Below, in pieces: positions 23,801 through 33,571 of a DNA stretch of 41,276 nucleotides. The first letter of the stretch is position 1, and each line of letters starts with the position of its first letter. The stretch covers positions 1 through 41,276 of IMG/VR virus record IMGVR_UViG_3300042691_018647; one strand, written 5' to 3'. The position numbers and the translations under genes are program-made. The notes under the pieces were generated by a model. It was given only the letters and a program-made list of their open reading frames with translations. It did not search any database and had not been told where the DNA came from. This DNA comes from a virus.

Positions 23801-24019
23801 ATGGCGCGCATCAACGGCGATAGATCGTCGTTCGCTGTCCATTGCTCGCGTGTGTTTCTCGTCCGAGACGCGCTGGAAGCCAAGTGCGGCCTGTCTGGCG
23901 ACCGAGAGGCGGCGCAGGCTTTCCACAAAGCCGAGACAGCACGCGAGCGGCAGCGCCATGCCGATTGGTCGAAGCAGGTCACACGGCGCGGCAGCATACG
24001 GGCTTGGAGGGCAGAATGA
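23801..24019 (+). CDS. Possible small protein (72 aa)
   Basis: ATG 23801 has GAGG about 9 nt upstream, and GC3 looks coding-like. No similarity recognised. Confidence 0.35.
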   Translation: MARINGDRSSFAVHCSRVFLVRDALEAKCGLSGDREAAQAFHKAETARERQRHADWSKQVTRRGSIRAWRAE

Positions 24020-24051
24020 CTTGCGAGATTGTTCGGATTTAATTACGCGCC

Positions 24052-24315
24052 ATGGACGAAAAACAATCGCGCAAAAAGGTAATGCCGGTATCTCCTGGCA
24101 GGCCAAAAGGCGTTCCAAACAAAGTGAACGGTCTGATCAAAGACATGATCGTGCAGGCCCTCGATAACGCGGGCGGCGTCGATTACCTGACCGAACAGGC
24201 GCGGCTCAATCCCGGCCCGTTCATGACGCTTCTGGGTAAGGTTCTGCCGACGCAAGTCACGGGCGAGGATGGCGGCCCGGTGAAAATCAGTGTCGAATGG
24301 AAACCCGGCGAATAG
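24052..24315 (+). CDS. Terminase small subunit-like protein
   Basis: 87 aa, immediately upstream of and overlapping TerL. The basic N-terminus contains GRPKGVPNK. Confidence 0.65.
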   Translation: MDEKQSRKKVMPVSPGRPKGVPNKVNGLIKDMIVQALDNAGGVDYLTEQARLNPGPFMTLLGKVLPTQVTGEDGGPVKISVEWKPGE

Positions 24316-25607
24316 TGCTCGATTACGCGCCGCGCCGCGCGTTCAAGTCGTTTCACAATCGGCAAGAGAGGTGGGCGGTGCTCGTTGCGCATCGCCGTGC
24401 CGGTAAGACGGTTGCGTGCGTCAATGACATCATCCGCCGCGCCGTGATGCTCGACGCCGAACATGGGCGATACGCCTATGTCGCGCCGTTCTTGGCGCAG
24501 GCGAAAGAGGTGGCGTGGGAATACGCTAAGCGCTTTGCGCAGCCAATCATTGCCAAGGTCAATGAGGCTGAACTCTGGATAGAGTTGTTGAACGGCGCTC
24601 GGATCCGAGTGCATGGTGCTGACAACCCGGATCGCCTTCGCGGTGCCTATCTCGACGGTGTGGTGCTCGACGAGTACGCGGATATGCGCCCCGGCGTCTG
24701 GGGCGAGGTCATCCGCCCGATGCTGGCGGATCGCAAGGGATGGGCGACGTTCATCGGCACGCCAAAGGGCAAGAACTCTTTCTGGCAACTGTATCAGGGA
24801 GCGACCGTAGAGTCTTCTTGGTTCTCGCTGATGCTCAAAGCATCGGAAAGCGGGCTGATCGACGCTGAGGAATTGGAAGCCGCGCGGGCGGACATGACGC
24901 CCGAACAGTTCGCGCAGGAATTCGAGTGCTCGTTTGATGCGGCCATTCTCGGCGCTTACTACGCCGCTGAAATCGCCAATATGGAGCGAGCGGGGCGGAT
25001 CGGGGCAATCGACGTTGAGCCGCTGTTGCCGGTTCATACTGCTTGGGATTTGGGCATAGGCGACAGCACGGCCATTTGGTTTTTCCAAGTCGTCGGCAAT
25101 GAACTGCGCATCGTGGACTTTTACGAGGCGACGGGGCAGGCCATCCCGCACTATGCGGCAGTCATCGCAGCCAAGGGTTACAAGCGCGGCGACGATTGGG
25201 TACCGCACGACGCCAAGGTTCGAGACTACGGTACGGGTCGCACGCGTATTGAGACCATGACGCAGCACGGCTTAAAGCCGCGCCTCGTGCCGGATCACAA
25301 GATTATGGACGGCATCAATGCCGTCCGCCTCACGCTGCCCCAAGCGCGGATTGACGAAGGCCGGTGCAAGGATGGCATCGAGGCGCTTCGCCAGTATCGC
25401 GCGGAATTCGACGAAAAAGCGCGGGTGTTCAAGGACGCGCCAAAGCACGATTGGACGTCACATTGCGCCGACGCGATGCGCTACGTCGCGATGGCATGGC
25501 GCGAAATGAAGCCCAAGACCGAAAAGCCAAAAATCCGATTGCAGACAGGTCAAGTCTGGCTGCCCGGCGCGCCTGAGCCGAACAGGTCCACAAGGATACG
25601 ACTTTGA
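24297..25607 (+). CDS. terL: Terminase large subunit
   Basis: It has a Walker A-like AHRRAGKT, a Walker B-like VVLDEY, and C-terminal nuclease acidic motifs (AWDLGIGDSTA, WVPHDA, HCADAMRY). Confidence 0.9.
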   Translation: METRRIVLDYAPRRAFKSFHNRQERWAVLVAHRRAGKTVACVNDIIRRAVMLDAEHGRYAYVAPFLAQAKEVAWEYAKRFAQPIIAKVNEAELWIELLNGARIRVHGADNPDRLRGAYLDGVVLDEYADMRPGVWGEVIRPMLADRKGWATFIGTPKGKNSFWQLYQGATVESSWFSLMLKASESGLIDAEELEAARADMTPEQFAQEFECSFDAAILGAYYAAEIANMERAGRIGAIDVEPLLPVHTAWDLGIGDSTAIWFFQVVGNELRIVDFYEATGQAIPHYAAVIAAKGYKRGDDWVPHDAKVRDYGTGRTRIETMTQHGLKPRLVPDHKIMDGINAVRLTLPQARIDEGRCKDGIEALRQYRAEFDEKARVFKDAPKHDWTSHCADAMRYVAMAWREMKPKTEKPKIRLQTGQVWLPGAPEPNRSTRIRL

Positions 25608-27814
25608 ACGAAGAAGCCGAACAGATGGCCGAAGCCAAATCGGAAGCGCCAAAGGATGCGCGCGATTGGCTGGGCAAAATCAAATCGGCTGAACGCGAAA
25701 TGGAGAAGTGGCGCGAGCGCTGCGACAAGATCGACAAGCTGTTGACGAAGGAAAGCCGCGCCGAAAGCGCCGACCGTGAAATGTCGGTGTTCTGGGCGAA
25801 TATGGAGGTTTTGAAGCCCGCGACCTACGCGCGGATGCCTATTCCGGTTGTCGCGCCCCGCTTCAAGACGAAGAACAATCTCGCCGGTCCGGCTTCTGAC
25901 ATCCTTGAGCGCTCGCTGATCGTCGCATTCGAGCAGTCGGACATTGACGGCGTCATGCGCGAGGTTCGCGACGAACTGCTTTTGTACGGTCGCGGCACGG
26001 CATGGGTGCGTCTGTCCGAAGAGGATGGCGCGCCGGTCGTGGCGTTTGACGAGGTTGAACGCGACGATTTCATTCATGACATGGTGCCAGCCTGGCGCAA
26101 AGTGCGCTGGGTCGCGCGCCGCGTGCGCATGACGAAGGAAGAGGGCTTGGCTCGCTTCGGGGACGTTTTCGAACAAGTCCCGATGGACAAGACCAAGCGC
26201 GAGAAAGAGGGCGAGCAAAACCGCAAAGAGCAACAGGCGTGCGTTTACGAGGTTTGGTGCAAAACCTCGCGCTTCGTCTACTGGGTCGGCAAAGACTGCC
26301 CGGTCATGCTCGATGCGCAACCGGCCTTTTTGACGCTCAAGGACTTCTTCCCCTGCCCTAAACCGGCATACGGAACGCGCCTTCGTGGCCGCCTGATCCC
26401 GGTTCCGGATATTGTGCAGTACACGGACCAGATTGAAGAAATCAACGAAATGACCGCGCGCATTGCGGCGGTGTCTGAAACGCTGCGGATGCGGGGCTTT
26501 TACCCGGCTGGCCAAGGCGAACTGAGTGAAGCTATCGAGGCCGCTATTGCATCGGTGGACAATCGCTCGCTGTTGATCCCGATTTCATCGTTCGCGGCAT
26601 TCGGTTCTGGCGGGTTCAAAGATCAGATCGTGTGGTTCCCGGTGGTTGACGCGCTCAACCTGATCAAGGGACTGATCGAACTTCGCCGCGTGCTGATTGA
26701 GGACGTGTACCAAGTCACCGGCATTTCCGACATTGTGCGCGGCTCGACCGAGGCCAGCGAGACGGCCACGGCGCAGCAGATCAAATCGCAGTGGGGTTCG
26801 CTTCGCATTCGCGAGCGGCAGAACGAACTAGCAAGGGTCGCGCGCGATCTGGCTCGTATTGCCGCCGAGATTATGGCCGAGAATTTCGACGCTCAAACGC
26901 TTCAGGCCATGTCGCAGGTGCAATTGGCCGATCCGATTGAACGCGCCAAGGTTCAGCAAATGCAGGAAGCGGGGCAGGAAGTGCCGCCCGCTATCGTGCG
27001 CAGGGCCAATCAGCCGACGCTTGATGAAGTGGTGCAATTCCTTCGGGACGACCGCACGCGCGGCTTCACAATTGAGATTGAGACGGATTCGACAATCCAG
27101 CCGGACGAAGACGCGGAAAAGCAGCGCCGTGTCGAATTTACCACGGCCATTGGCGGCTTTATCCAGTCATCCGCCCCGCTCGTGTTGCAGGCTCCGCAGC
27201 TTGGTCCGTTCATTGCCGAGGTGATGAAGTTCGCAGCGGGCGGGTTCCGCGCTGGCAGGCCGCTAGAGGCCGCAATCGACACGTTGGCCGAACAGCTTGA
27301 GCAGGCCGCGCAGGTGGCCATGCAGCCCAAAGAGCCGCCCGTTGATCCGAAGATTGAGATGGAAAAGCAGCGTCTTGCTGCGGACATGGAGGAGCGCAAG
27401 GCGCGCTTTGAAATGGACAAGCAAGAGAAGGCCGCACGGCTTCAGATGGAGCGCGAGCATACCGCCGCAAAACTGGCGATGGAACAGCAAAAAGCGCAGG
27501 CCGAATTGAATGCCATGGTCGCGACGCGCGAGGCTGAAACCTCGCTCAAGCGTGATCTGGCTATGGGCGACATGGCGCTCAAAGCCCGTTCCATGGTGGC
27601 CGATCAGGACCGGGCAAACGCTGAAATGGCCGCGAAGGCATCCGAACAGACGGAAGGCGACGACGGCGAAGACAAGGCGTTGTTGCAGGGTTTGGCCGAA
27701 ATGGCCGACGCCATCCGCTCCATGGGCGAAGCAATCGTGAAATCAAACAGCGCGCCGAAGCGATTGGTGCGCGGGCCGGACGGTCGCGCAACCGGCGTTG
27801 AAACGGTGATGTGA
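25604..27814 (+). CDS. Portal protein (736 aa)
   Basis: Called from size and position directly after TerL (TTGA overlap; the alternative ATG is at 25625). The C-terminus is a charged coiled-coil. Confidence 0.8.
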   Translation: MNEEAEQMAEAKSEAPKDARDWLGKIKSAEREMEKWRERCDKIDKLLTKESRAESADREMSVFWANMEVLKPATYARMPIPVVAPRFKTKNNLAGPASDILERSLIVAFEQSDIDGVMREVRDELLLYGRGTAWVRLSEEDGAPVVAFDEVERDDFIHDMVPAWRKVRWVARRVRMTKEEGLARFGDVFEQVPMDKTKREKEGEQNRKEQQACVYEVWCKTSRFVYWVGKDCPVMLDAQPAFLTLKDFFPCPKPAYGTRLRGRLIPVPDIVQYTDQIEEINEMTARIAAVSETLRMRGFYPAGQGELSEAIEAAIASVDNRSLLIPISSFAAFGSGGFKDQIVWFPVVDALNLIKGLIELRRVLIEDVYQVTGISDIVRGSTEASETATAQQIKSQWGSLRIRERQNELARVARDLARIAAEIMAENFDAQTLQAMSQVQLADPIERAKVQQMQEAGQEVPPAIVRRANQPTLDEVVQFLRDDRTRGFTIEIETDSTIQPDEDAEKQRRVEFTTAIGGFIQSSAPLVLQAPQLGPFIAEVMKFAAGGFRAGRPLEAAIDTLAEQLEQAAQVAMQPKEPPVDPKIEMEKQRLAADMEERKARFEMDKQEKAARLQMEREHTAAKLAMEQQKAQAELNAMVATREAETSLKRDLAMGDMALKARSMVADQDRANAEMAAKASEQTEGDDGEDKALLQGLAEMADAIRSMGEAIVKSNSAPKRLVRGPDGRATGVETVM

Positions 27815-27821
27815 GGGGCGA

Positions 27822-28253
27822 ATGAGCAAGGGCAATACATTCGAGAACGACATACTTTTGTTGATCTTCAACGCAACGGGGATCGCCAATATCGCAGACA
27901 ACGCCGCGTCATCGCCTTTGACGAACCTGTTCGTCTCGCTGCACACGGCAGACCCTGGCGAGGCTGGCAACCAGACCACCAATGAAGCGACCTATGGCGG
28001 TTATGCTCGTGTCGCTGTTGCCCGTTCGGGTTCAGGTTGGACCGTGACGGGCAATGCAGTTGAGAACGCTGCCCTTGTGCAGTTTCCGCAGTGCACGAGC
28101 GGCACTAACACAATCACGCATGTTGGTGTCGGCACGGCTTCGAGCAGCACGGGCAAGCTCTTGTACAAGGGCGCGCTTACGTCGTCGCTCGCAGTCTCGA
28201 CGGGTATTCAGCCCCAGTTTGCAGCGGGCGCACTCGACATAACCGAAGACTAG
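27822..28253 (+). CDS. Virion-module hypothetical protein (143 aa)
   Basis: GAGGGG RBS. The conserved-looking segment LFVSLHTADPGEAG.Q..NEA.Y.GYARV is known to me only as a recurrent phage hypothetical family. Confidence 0.8.
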   Translation: MSKGNTFENDILLLIFNATGIANIADNAASSPLTNLFVSLHTADPGEAGNQTTNEATYGGYARVAVARSGSGWTVTGNAVENAALVQFPQCTSGTNTITHVGVGTASSSTGKLLYKGALTSSLAVSTGIQPQFAAGALDITED

Positions 28254-28254
28254 C

Positions 28255-28404
28255 ATGCGCTACCGATGCGCCCATTGCCTGAGGCCGCTGGCCTTTGTGG
28301 CAGAGGGTGTGTTGGAGCAATGCCCGGATCATCCGGACGGTGGCGTTGAGGTAACGGAACCGGAACAAGAGGAACCTGAACCGGATGCCGTTCCGAACGA
28401 TTAG
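28255..28404 (+). CDS. 49-aa zinc-ribbon-like ORF, not in the ORF track
   Basis: My translation is MRYRCAHCLRPLAFVAEGVLEQCPDHPDGGVEVTEPEQEEPEPDAVPND. It fills the gap between 28253 and 28385 and overlaps the next gene by 20 nt. Confidence 0.5.
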   Translation: MRYRCAHCLRPLAFVAEGVLEQCPDHPDGGVEVTEPEQEEPEPDAVPND

Positions 28405-29257
28405 AGCCTATGCCGACGCGATGGACGCGACGGGGGCGACGTGGACGAGTTGGGTATGGAAGACTGGCGGACCTGCCTCGTTTGGCGCGGGTCGATGGGG
28501 CGACCTATCCATGGGCGCGGGAACGCCCAAGTATAATGCCTATGTCGGAACGCAGGCGGCGGCTACTCCGTTGATCGGCGTGGGGAATGACGGGATATTC
28601 ACCGGCCCCGCACCATCGGCAGGACAGACAAAGCATCTGCACCAAATCTTCATTCAATCGAGCAGCACGACGCTTGCGCCTGCGCACTTCACGTTGTGCG
28701 ACTATCTAATGCACTATCCCCTGATCGACGGGGACGACACGGCGCAACAGGACCTCGACAACACGCAGACGCTCCCTCGCTACACGAGCGGCGAAGGCGT
28801 GCAGTGCATGATCGTATGCACGACGCCCATGGTGGCGAACGCATCGGCAACGCTGAACTATACGAATTCGGACGGTGTTCCCGGTCGAACAGTCACGTTT
28901 CAAGTGCTTTCGACAACGGTTGTCGGTTGCATCGTGTCATCGGCGGATAATAGCGGCGCGGCGAATTCGGCTTCGCCTTTTGTACCGCTCGCCAATGGCG
29001 ACAAAGGCATACGGTCGATCCAAAGCATTACGCTTACGACGGGTTCCGCCGGGTTCTTTGCCATCGTTCTCGTGAAGCCTCTTGCCCATGTGCAGGTTCG
29101 CGAAAGCCTGACGGTGACGGAACTTGACGGCGTAACGCAGCGCGGCGGGTCGGTGCCGCAGATCTACGACGGGGCCTATCTGAATTTCATCTATCAGCCG
29201 GGGCAAAGCGGGACCGCCGTGTCGCTCCGCGCTGGCTTGACTTACGTGTGGGGGTGA
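28385..29257 (+). CDS. Virion-module protein, paralogue A (290 aa)
   Basis: It shares MPF..., GRW.D.S..G, TKHL, L.YTN..G..GR, PF.PLA.GD.G, DGA.L and a terminal WG with 29259..30140. Confidence 0.85.
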   Translation: MPFRTIRAYADAMDATGATWTSWVWKTGGPASFGAGRWGDLSMGAGTPKYNAYVGTQAAATPLIGVGNDGIFTGPAPSAGQTKHLHQIFIQSSSTTLAPAHFTLCDYLMHYPLIDGDDTAQQDLDNTQTLPRYTSGEGVQCMIVCTTPMVANASATLNYTNSDGVPGRTVTFQVLSTTVVGCIVSSADNSGAANSASPFVPLANGDKGIRSIQSITLTTGSAGFFAIVLVKPLAHVQVRESLTVTELDGVTQRGGSVPQIYDGAYLNFIYQPGQSGTAVSLRAGLTYVWG

Positions 29258-29258
29258 T

Positions 29259-30140
29259 ATGCCGTTTTCTTCGATGGACGATCTTGTCAGTGAGATCACA
29301 AACGGCAAATTCTCGCGCTTTGACTGGAACAAGATTACGGGCGGCGCGGCTTATACCGCTGGCCGCTGGTATGATTTTTCCCCGCTTGGTGGTGCGCCGG
29401 TTGCGAATGCTTGGGCTGGCACCGCGCTAAACTGGGTCACATGCACGGAATCGACCGGCAACGGCACGCAGATATTCGGCCTGCCACACGGTGGCAACGT
29501 CTCGACCGACACGAAACATCTGTTGAACGTTGCGGCGGTCACTGGTGTTGCGACGGGCGTCCCTGGCGTCCTGCAACTGGTCGATCTTCAAGGCTATTGG
29601 CCGGGTATCTCGACAAACTCCGCTGTCGCGCAAAACTTGGTCGGCACTCCGACGCTGCGCTATGCGAACGGCGCGGGCTGCCGTCTGTATTTCGTCATCA
29701 CGACGGGTTCGGGCGCAACGGCGCATAACCTTTCGCTGAGTTATACCAATCAGGCGGGCACTTCGGGCCGATCCTTGCCGGTCACGGTGTCTATGACGGC
29801 TTCAGCCATCGTTCCGCACATTGCCCATAGCGGTACGGCAGCCAACAACTACGGCCCGTTCCTGCCCTTGGCTGGTGGTGATACCGGCGTTCAGAACGTG
29901 GCGTCTGTGACGTTCTCTGCGGCTTCTGGCTCCGGTGCCGGTGCGCTTTGTCTCGCACGTCCGTTGCTGACGTTGCCGCTTACGACCGTTTCTGTAGCCG
30001 CTGAGAGAGACCTTCTCAATCAGTTGCCCTCGTTGCCGCGTGTGATCGATGGTGCCTGCCTCGTCTGGCTCTACTTCGCAGGTGCGGCGACGGCAGCGAG
30101 CACGAACTTTTACGGCTCGGTCGAACTTGGCTGGGGCTGA
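29259..30140 (+). CDS. Virion-module protein, paralogue B (293 aa)
   Basis: See paralogue A. It starts 2 nt after that gene's stop. Confidence 0.85.
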   Translation: MPFSSMDDLVSEITNGKFSRFDWNKITGGAAYTAGRWYDFSPLGGAPVANAWAGTALNWVTCTESTGNGTQIFGLPHGGNVSTDTKHLLNVAAVTGVATGVPGVLQLVDLQGYWPGISTNSAVAQNLVGTPTLRYANGAGCRLYFVITTGSGATAHNLSLSYTNQAGTSGRSLPVTVSMTASAIVPHIAHSGTAANNYGPFLPLAGGDTGVQNVASVTFSAASGSGAGALCLARPLLTLPLTTVSVAAERDLLNQLPSLPRVIDGACLVWLYFAGAATAASTNFYGSVELGWG

Positions 30141-30913
30141 TGCTCAAGCAAAACCAGACGATTAACGCTCAATACCCGTTTCGTCTGATCGGCGGCGCTT
30201 TTGCGGGCGAGCGCACTATGTTCGGGCGCACGTCGCTGCGGAATTTCACGGTCGGTGAAGGCATCAATAGCCAGTTAGCGGGCATCCCCAGCGGGCATCT
30301 CGCCCCGTCTGCATGGGTACTGCCCTATAAGCCGGGAGCCATGGCCTCGCGCAACAGTGCGGACGGCGTGGCATCCCTGACGGGTGCTGGGGCGCTTGGC
30401 CGGAACGTCGCGGCGGCAATAGCTGGCACGGCATCGTTGAGCGCCATTGCGGAACTGATTGTTTCTGCGACGGCATCAATCGCCGGTGTGGCGAGTGTCA
30501 GTGGCAACGTCCTTGCGGCTTTGCAGATGGCGGCGGCTTTGGCCGCTAGTGGCAATGCAACTGGCGCTCTTGGCGCTCTTGGGTTTGTTCTCGCCACCAT
30601 AGACGGCGCGACGACGGTTTCTGCGGTGCCTCGCGCCAATGGCTCGCTGGCCGCCTTGATCGAAGTCGGCGCAACCGGCGAACTCACGGCAGGCGGCATC
30701 GCGACCGAGTTGCTTGACGTGCAATTGGTCGAAACGGGCTTGACCGTCCGGGAGACGTTGCGGCTTTGCGTGGCCGCACTGGCTGGCAAGGTGTCGGGCG
30801 CGGCAGGGACGACGATTACTTTCCGCAATGCAGTGGCAGACAACAAGGATCGTATCGTCGCAACGGTGGATTCTAACGGAAACCGGAGTGCGATCACGAT
30901 TGACGTGACCTGA
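30140..30913 (+). CDS. Virion-module protein with Ala/Gly/Ser-rich internal repeats (257 aa)
   Basis: TGATG-coupled. The central region repeats A.G.AS.S..A.L-type periodicity. Confidence 0.8.
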   Translation: MLKQNQTINAQYPFRLIGGAFAGERTMFGRTSLRNFTVGEGINSQLAGIPSGHLAPSAWVLPYKPGAMASRNSADGVASLTGAGALGRNVAAAIAGTASLSAIAELIVSATASIAGVASVSGNVLAALQMAAALAASGNATGALGALGFVLATIDGATTVSAVPRANGSLAALIEVGATGELTAGGIATELLDVQLVETGLTVRETLRLCVAALAGKVSGAAGTTITFRNAVADNKDRIVATVDSNGNRSAITIDVT

Positions 30914-31437
30914 TGCCCGATTTCTACGCCGATAAATACTTCAACGGGCGATATTTCGCCCCGCGATATTGGCAGTCGTCGGACGGTTCGGGCGCTACCA
31001 TTGGCGAAATGGTGGCCACGCTTTCGGGCGCCAGCAGCGTTTCCGGAACTCTGGAGGCAGTTAGCAGGCCTGTCGAAACCCGCCGCACGGGTGGCGGCTT
31101 TGTTTACCGCAAGCGTCGGGAGCGTGTGTTCCGTGTCCTTGCGAATGACCGGGAATATCCCGAACGCCGCAAGCGCACACTGGAATTGTTGAAAGCGTTC
31201 TTCGAACCGGAAGCCAAGCCGGAAGCGAAGGGAACGCCAGTCACACAACCGGCACTGCCGGACATAGACGTGATGGTCTACGCCGCACGGCTTCAGGCCA
31301 TCTTGGAGCGTGTCGAGGCCGTCGAGCGCGGCAGGCGGCAGCGAAAGATTGACGCGCTGATCGCACAAGCGCTGAGCATCATTGAAGAGTTTGAGCAGGA
31401 CGAAGACGACGCCGATTTCCTGATGATGGCGGCGTAA
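30913..31437 (+). CDS. Virion-module hypothetical protein (174 aa)
   Basis: ATGA/TGATG-type coupling. The N-terminus is FYADKYFNGRYFAPRYW and the C-terminus is acidic. Confidence 0.8.
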   Translation: MPDFYADKYFNGRYFAPRYWQSSDGSGATIGEMVATLSGASSVSGTLEAVSRPVETRRTGGGFVYRKRRERVFRVLANDREYPERRKRTLELLKAFFEPEAKPEAKGTPVTQPALPDIDVMVYAARLQAILERVEAVERGRRQRKIDALIAQALSIIEEFEQDEDDADFLMMAA

Positions 31438-31446
31438 GGAGGCACC

Positions 31447-31710
31447 ATGCCAACAACGGCTGATGATTTTGTGGTTCGCGGGATGCCATCGGCGCTCGCG
31501 ACAGAAGTCGCGTTCCAGTTTGATAACGCCGGGTCGCGTTCTGACGTGCGCTTGATGGGCCTTGGAATGCCGCAGGCCACCGCGACGGAACTTGTCCGAC
31601 TGATGGCCAAGCCGTCGAATTATTTGACGCAGGGGCCGACAAACCTTGCCGCGCTTGGGGTGCCAATGCCGCTCGCGTCTCATCTGATTACCGCAATTCA
31701 GGCAACGTAA
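31447..31710 (+). CDS. Hypothetical protein (87 aa)
   Basis: Strong AAGGAGG RBS. Confidence 0.8.
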   Translation: MPTTADDFVVRGMPSALATEVAFQFDNAGSRSDVRLMGLGMPQATATELVRLMAKPSNYLTQGPTNLAALGVPMPLASHLITAIQAT

Positions 31711-31720
31711 GGGCGCAACC

Positions 31721-32164
31721 ATGCCAGTGATTGAAATCGCAGGCCGCGACGCCAGCAACCTTGTTGTGTCTGCTTTGATCGACACGACGGGTAAGCAAAT
31801 CGTTGTTCCCTATGCTGCCGATGCTTTGGCGTGGCGCTACGCTGCCGGTGCGTCTGGCATTGTCAACACGACAACCGCTGTCACGATCAAGACGGCAGCT
31901 GGTGCGGGGCTTCGCAATTATATTACATCGCTCCAGATCAATGCTGACGCGCTCGGAACGGCAACAGAAGTCGCCATCCGCGATGGAGCCGCCGGGGCGG
32001 TGTTGTGGCGGGCGAAGATACAGACCGCAGGCTTGCCGCTGATGGAAATCAACTTCCCGATTCCGCTTCGTGGCACGGCAAACACTCTTCTCGAAGTCGT
32101 GACGTTGACCGCAACGACGACGGGCGGCGTTTACATCAATGCTCAAGGCTTTGCGGCACCGTGA
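31721..32164 (+). CDS. Hypothetical protein (147 aa)
   Basis: ORF with RBS-like AAGGG upstream. The next gene is coupled to it. Confidence 0.8.
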   Translation: MPVIEIAGRDASNLVVSALIDTTGKQIVVPYAADALAWRYAAGASGIVNTTTAVTIKTAAGAGLRNYITSLQINADALGTATEVAIRDGAAGAVLWRAKIQTAGLPLMEINFPIPLRGTANTLLEVVTLTATTTGGVYINAQGFAAP

Positions 32165-32496
32165 TGCGCGGGCGCTGGATTTGGGACCGCCACGCGGGCG
32201 AACTCGTTGACGTGGAGGAATGGGCGCGTCGGCAGAACATGCCCGCACGTTCTGAAACCGTCCCGATGCCGCATTTTGTCCGCGATTGCATCGAAATGAA
32301 ATCGATGGTGGACGGAAAAATATACACTTCGAAAGCCGCTTATCGGCAGCATCTGCGCCACAAGGGCTACATCGAAGTCGGCAACGAATGGCTCAAGAAC
32401 GAGCCGAAGAAGCCAGAGCCGAAGATCGACCGCAAGGCGATACGCGACAGCATCGGCAAGGCATTCAATCGCGTCGGCGTATCGGTCGACGGCTAA
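32164..32496 (+). CDS. Hypothetical protein (110 aa)
   Basis: ATG 32164 overlaps the upstream TGA. The ORF-track 32005 start is an overlap extension. Confidence 0.7.
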   Translation: MRGRWIWDRHAGELVDVEEWARRQNMPARSETVPMPHFVRDCIEMKSMVDGKIYTSKAAYRQHLRHKGYIEVGNEWLKNEPKKPEPKIDRKAIRDSIGKAFNRVGVSVDG

Positions 32497-32509
32497 ACCT
32501 AGAGGCATC

Positions 32510-33559
32510 ATGACAGACGAAATCAACGGCGCTCAAACCGCCGAAGACGAAGTATTGCCCGATGACACTGTAACGCCGGAAGTCGAAGCCCCGGTGCCTT
32601 CACGGCGCGAGGCGATTGACAAGGCGTTTGCGTCACTGTCCGACGATAACGGGCCAGTGGAACGCGTGCGCGACGATCAGGGCCGCTTTGTCCGCAAGGA
32701 TGGAGCAGAACAGCCTGCGGCAGAGAAGCCTGCCAGCGAGCCTGCAAAGCCCGTAGAAACGCCCGCGCAGGAGGCGGCAAAGCCAGCAACCGACATTGAG
32801 CCGCCATCACGCTTTGCCCCGGAAGCCAAAGCCGCATGGCAGGCAACGCCCGAACCTGTCCGCAAGGAAGTGCAACGGGCGATCAACGAACTCACAAGCG
32901 GTATTGAGAAATATCGCGAGGCGGGCGAAGCGTATCGAAATATCGAGCATTTCGACCGCATGGCACGCGAGACAGGCACCACGCTTGTGGACGCGCTCAA
33001 CAATTACGTCGGCATCGAAACGATGCTGCGGCAGGACCCGATCAAGGGCTTTGCCACCATCGCACAAAACATCGGCCTTAACCCCGCTGAAATCGGCGCG
33101 GCTTTGGCTGGCCAGCAACATCAACCCGGCGCGGCAGATCAGACGATCCATTCGCTGAAACAGGAAGTCCTGGCACTCAAGCAACAGCTTGGCACCGTGA
33201 CTGGCACAATCCAACAACAACGCCAGCAAACAACGTTGCAACAGGTCGAGGCCTTCGCCAAGGCCAACCCGCATTTTGACGTTGTGCAAGAGACTATCGC
33301 GCAGATGCTCGAAACGGGCTTCGCGAAGTCGTTGCAGGACGCATACGAGAAGGCAATTCGCCTCTCCCCCGAAGTTCAGGCGGCAATCGCCGCTGAAACC
33401 GCCGCTAAAGCGGCACCGCCCGCGCCTCCGCCTCATACGCAGAAAGCGCGCCTCTCTATCACCGGAAGCCCCGCCACGGCCTCAAACGCCTCCGCCACGC
33501 CTCCCGGTTCCCGCCAAGACGCCATCAATCGGGCGTTCGCGGCAGTCGGTATCAACTAA
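32510..33559 (+). CDS. Scaffolding protein (positional call)
   Basis: 349 aa, acidic, Ala/Gln/Glu-rich and helical in character. It lies immediately upstream of the major capsid gene. Confidence 0.75.
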   Translation: MTDEINGAQTAEDEVLPDDTVTPEVEAPVPSRREAIDKAFASLSDDNGPVERVRDDQGRFVRKDGAEQPAAEKPASEPAKPVETPAQEAAKPATDIEPPSRFAPEAKAAWQATPEPVRKEVQRAINELTSGIEKYREAGEAYRNIEHFDRMARETGTTLVDALNNYVGIETMLRQDPIKGFATIAQNIGLNPAEIGAALAGQQHQPGAADQTIHSLKQEVLALKQQLGTVTGTIQQQRQQTTLQQVEAFAKANPHFDVVQETIAQMLETGFAKSLQDAYEKAIRLSPEVQAAIAAETAAKAAPPAPPPHTQKARLSITGSPATASNASATPPGSRQDAINRAFAAVGIN

Positions 33560-33571
33560 AGGATCAACCTC

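Noticed and set aside
23401-24118. Minus-strand ORFs 23401..23766 and 23627..24118 as possible sources of the leftward transcript.
   Set aside because: They overlap the HTH and TerS-like genes and their translations look random (Arg/Cys/Pro-rich). They end far from the minus-oriented terminator.
30325-31785. 486-aa minus-strand ORF. Similar long antisense ORFs occur at 24183..25268, 25550..26515, 33482..34672, 39572..40330 and 20661..21257.
   Set aside because: They lie antisense to tightly coupled plus-strand genes with recognisable functions (TerL, portal, capsid). Their translations are Arg/Pro/His-rich and low-information, which is typical of stop-poor antisense frames in high-GC DNA.
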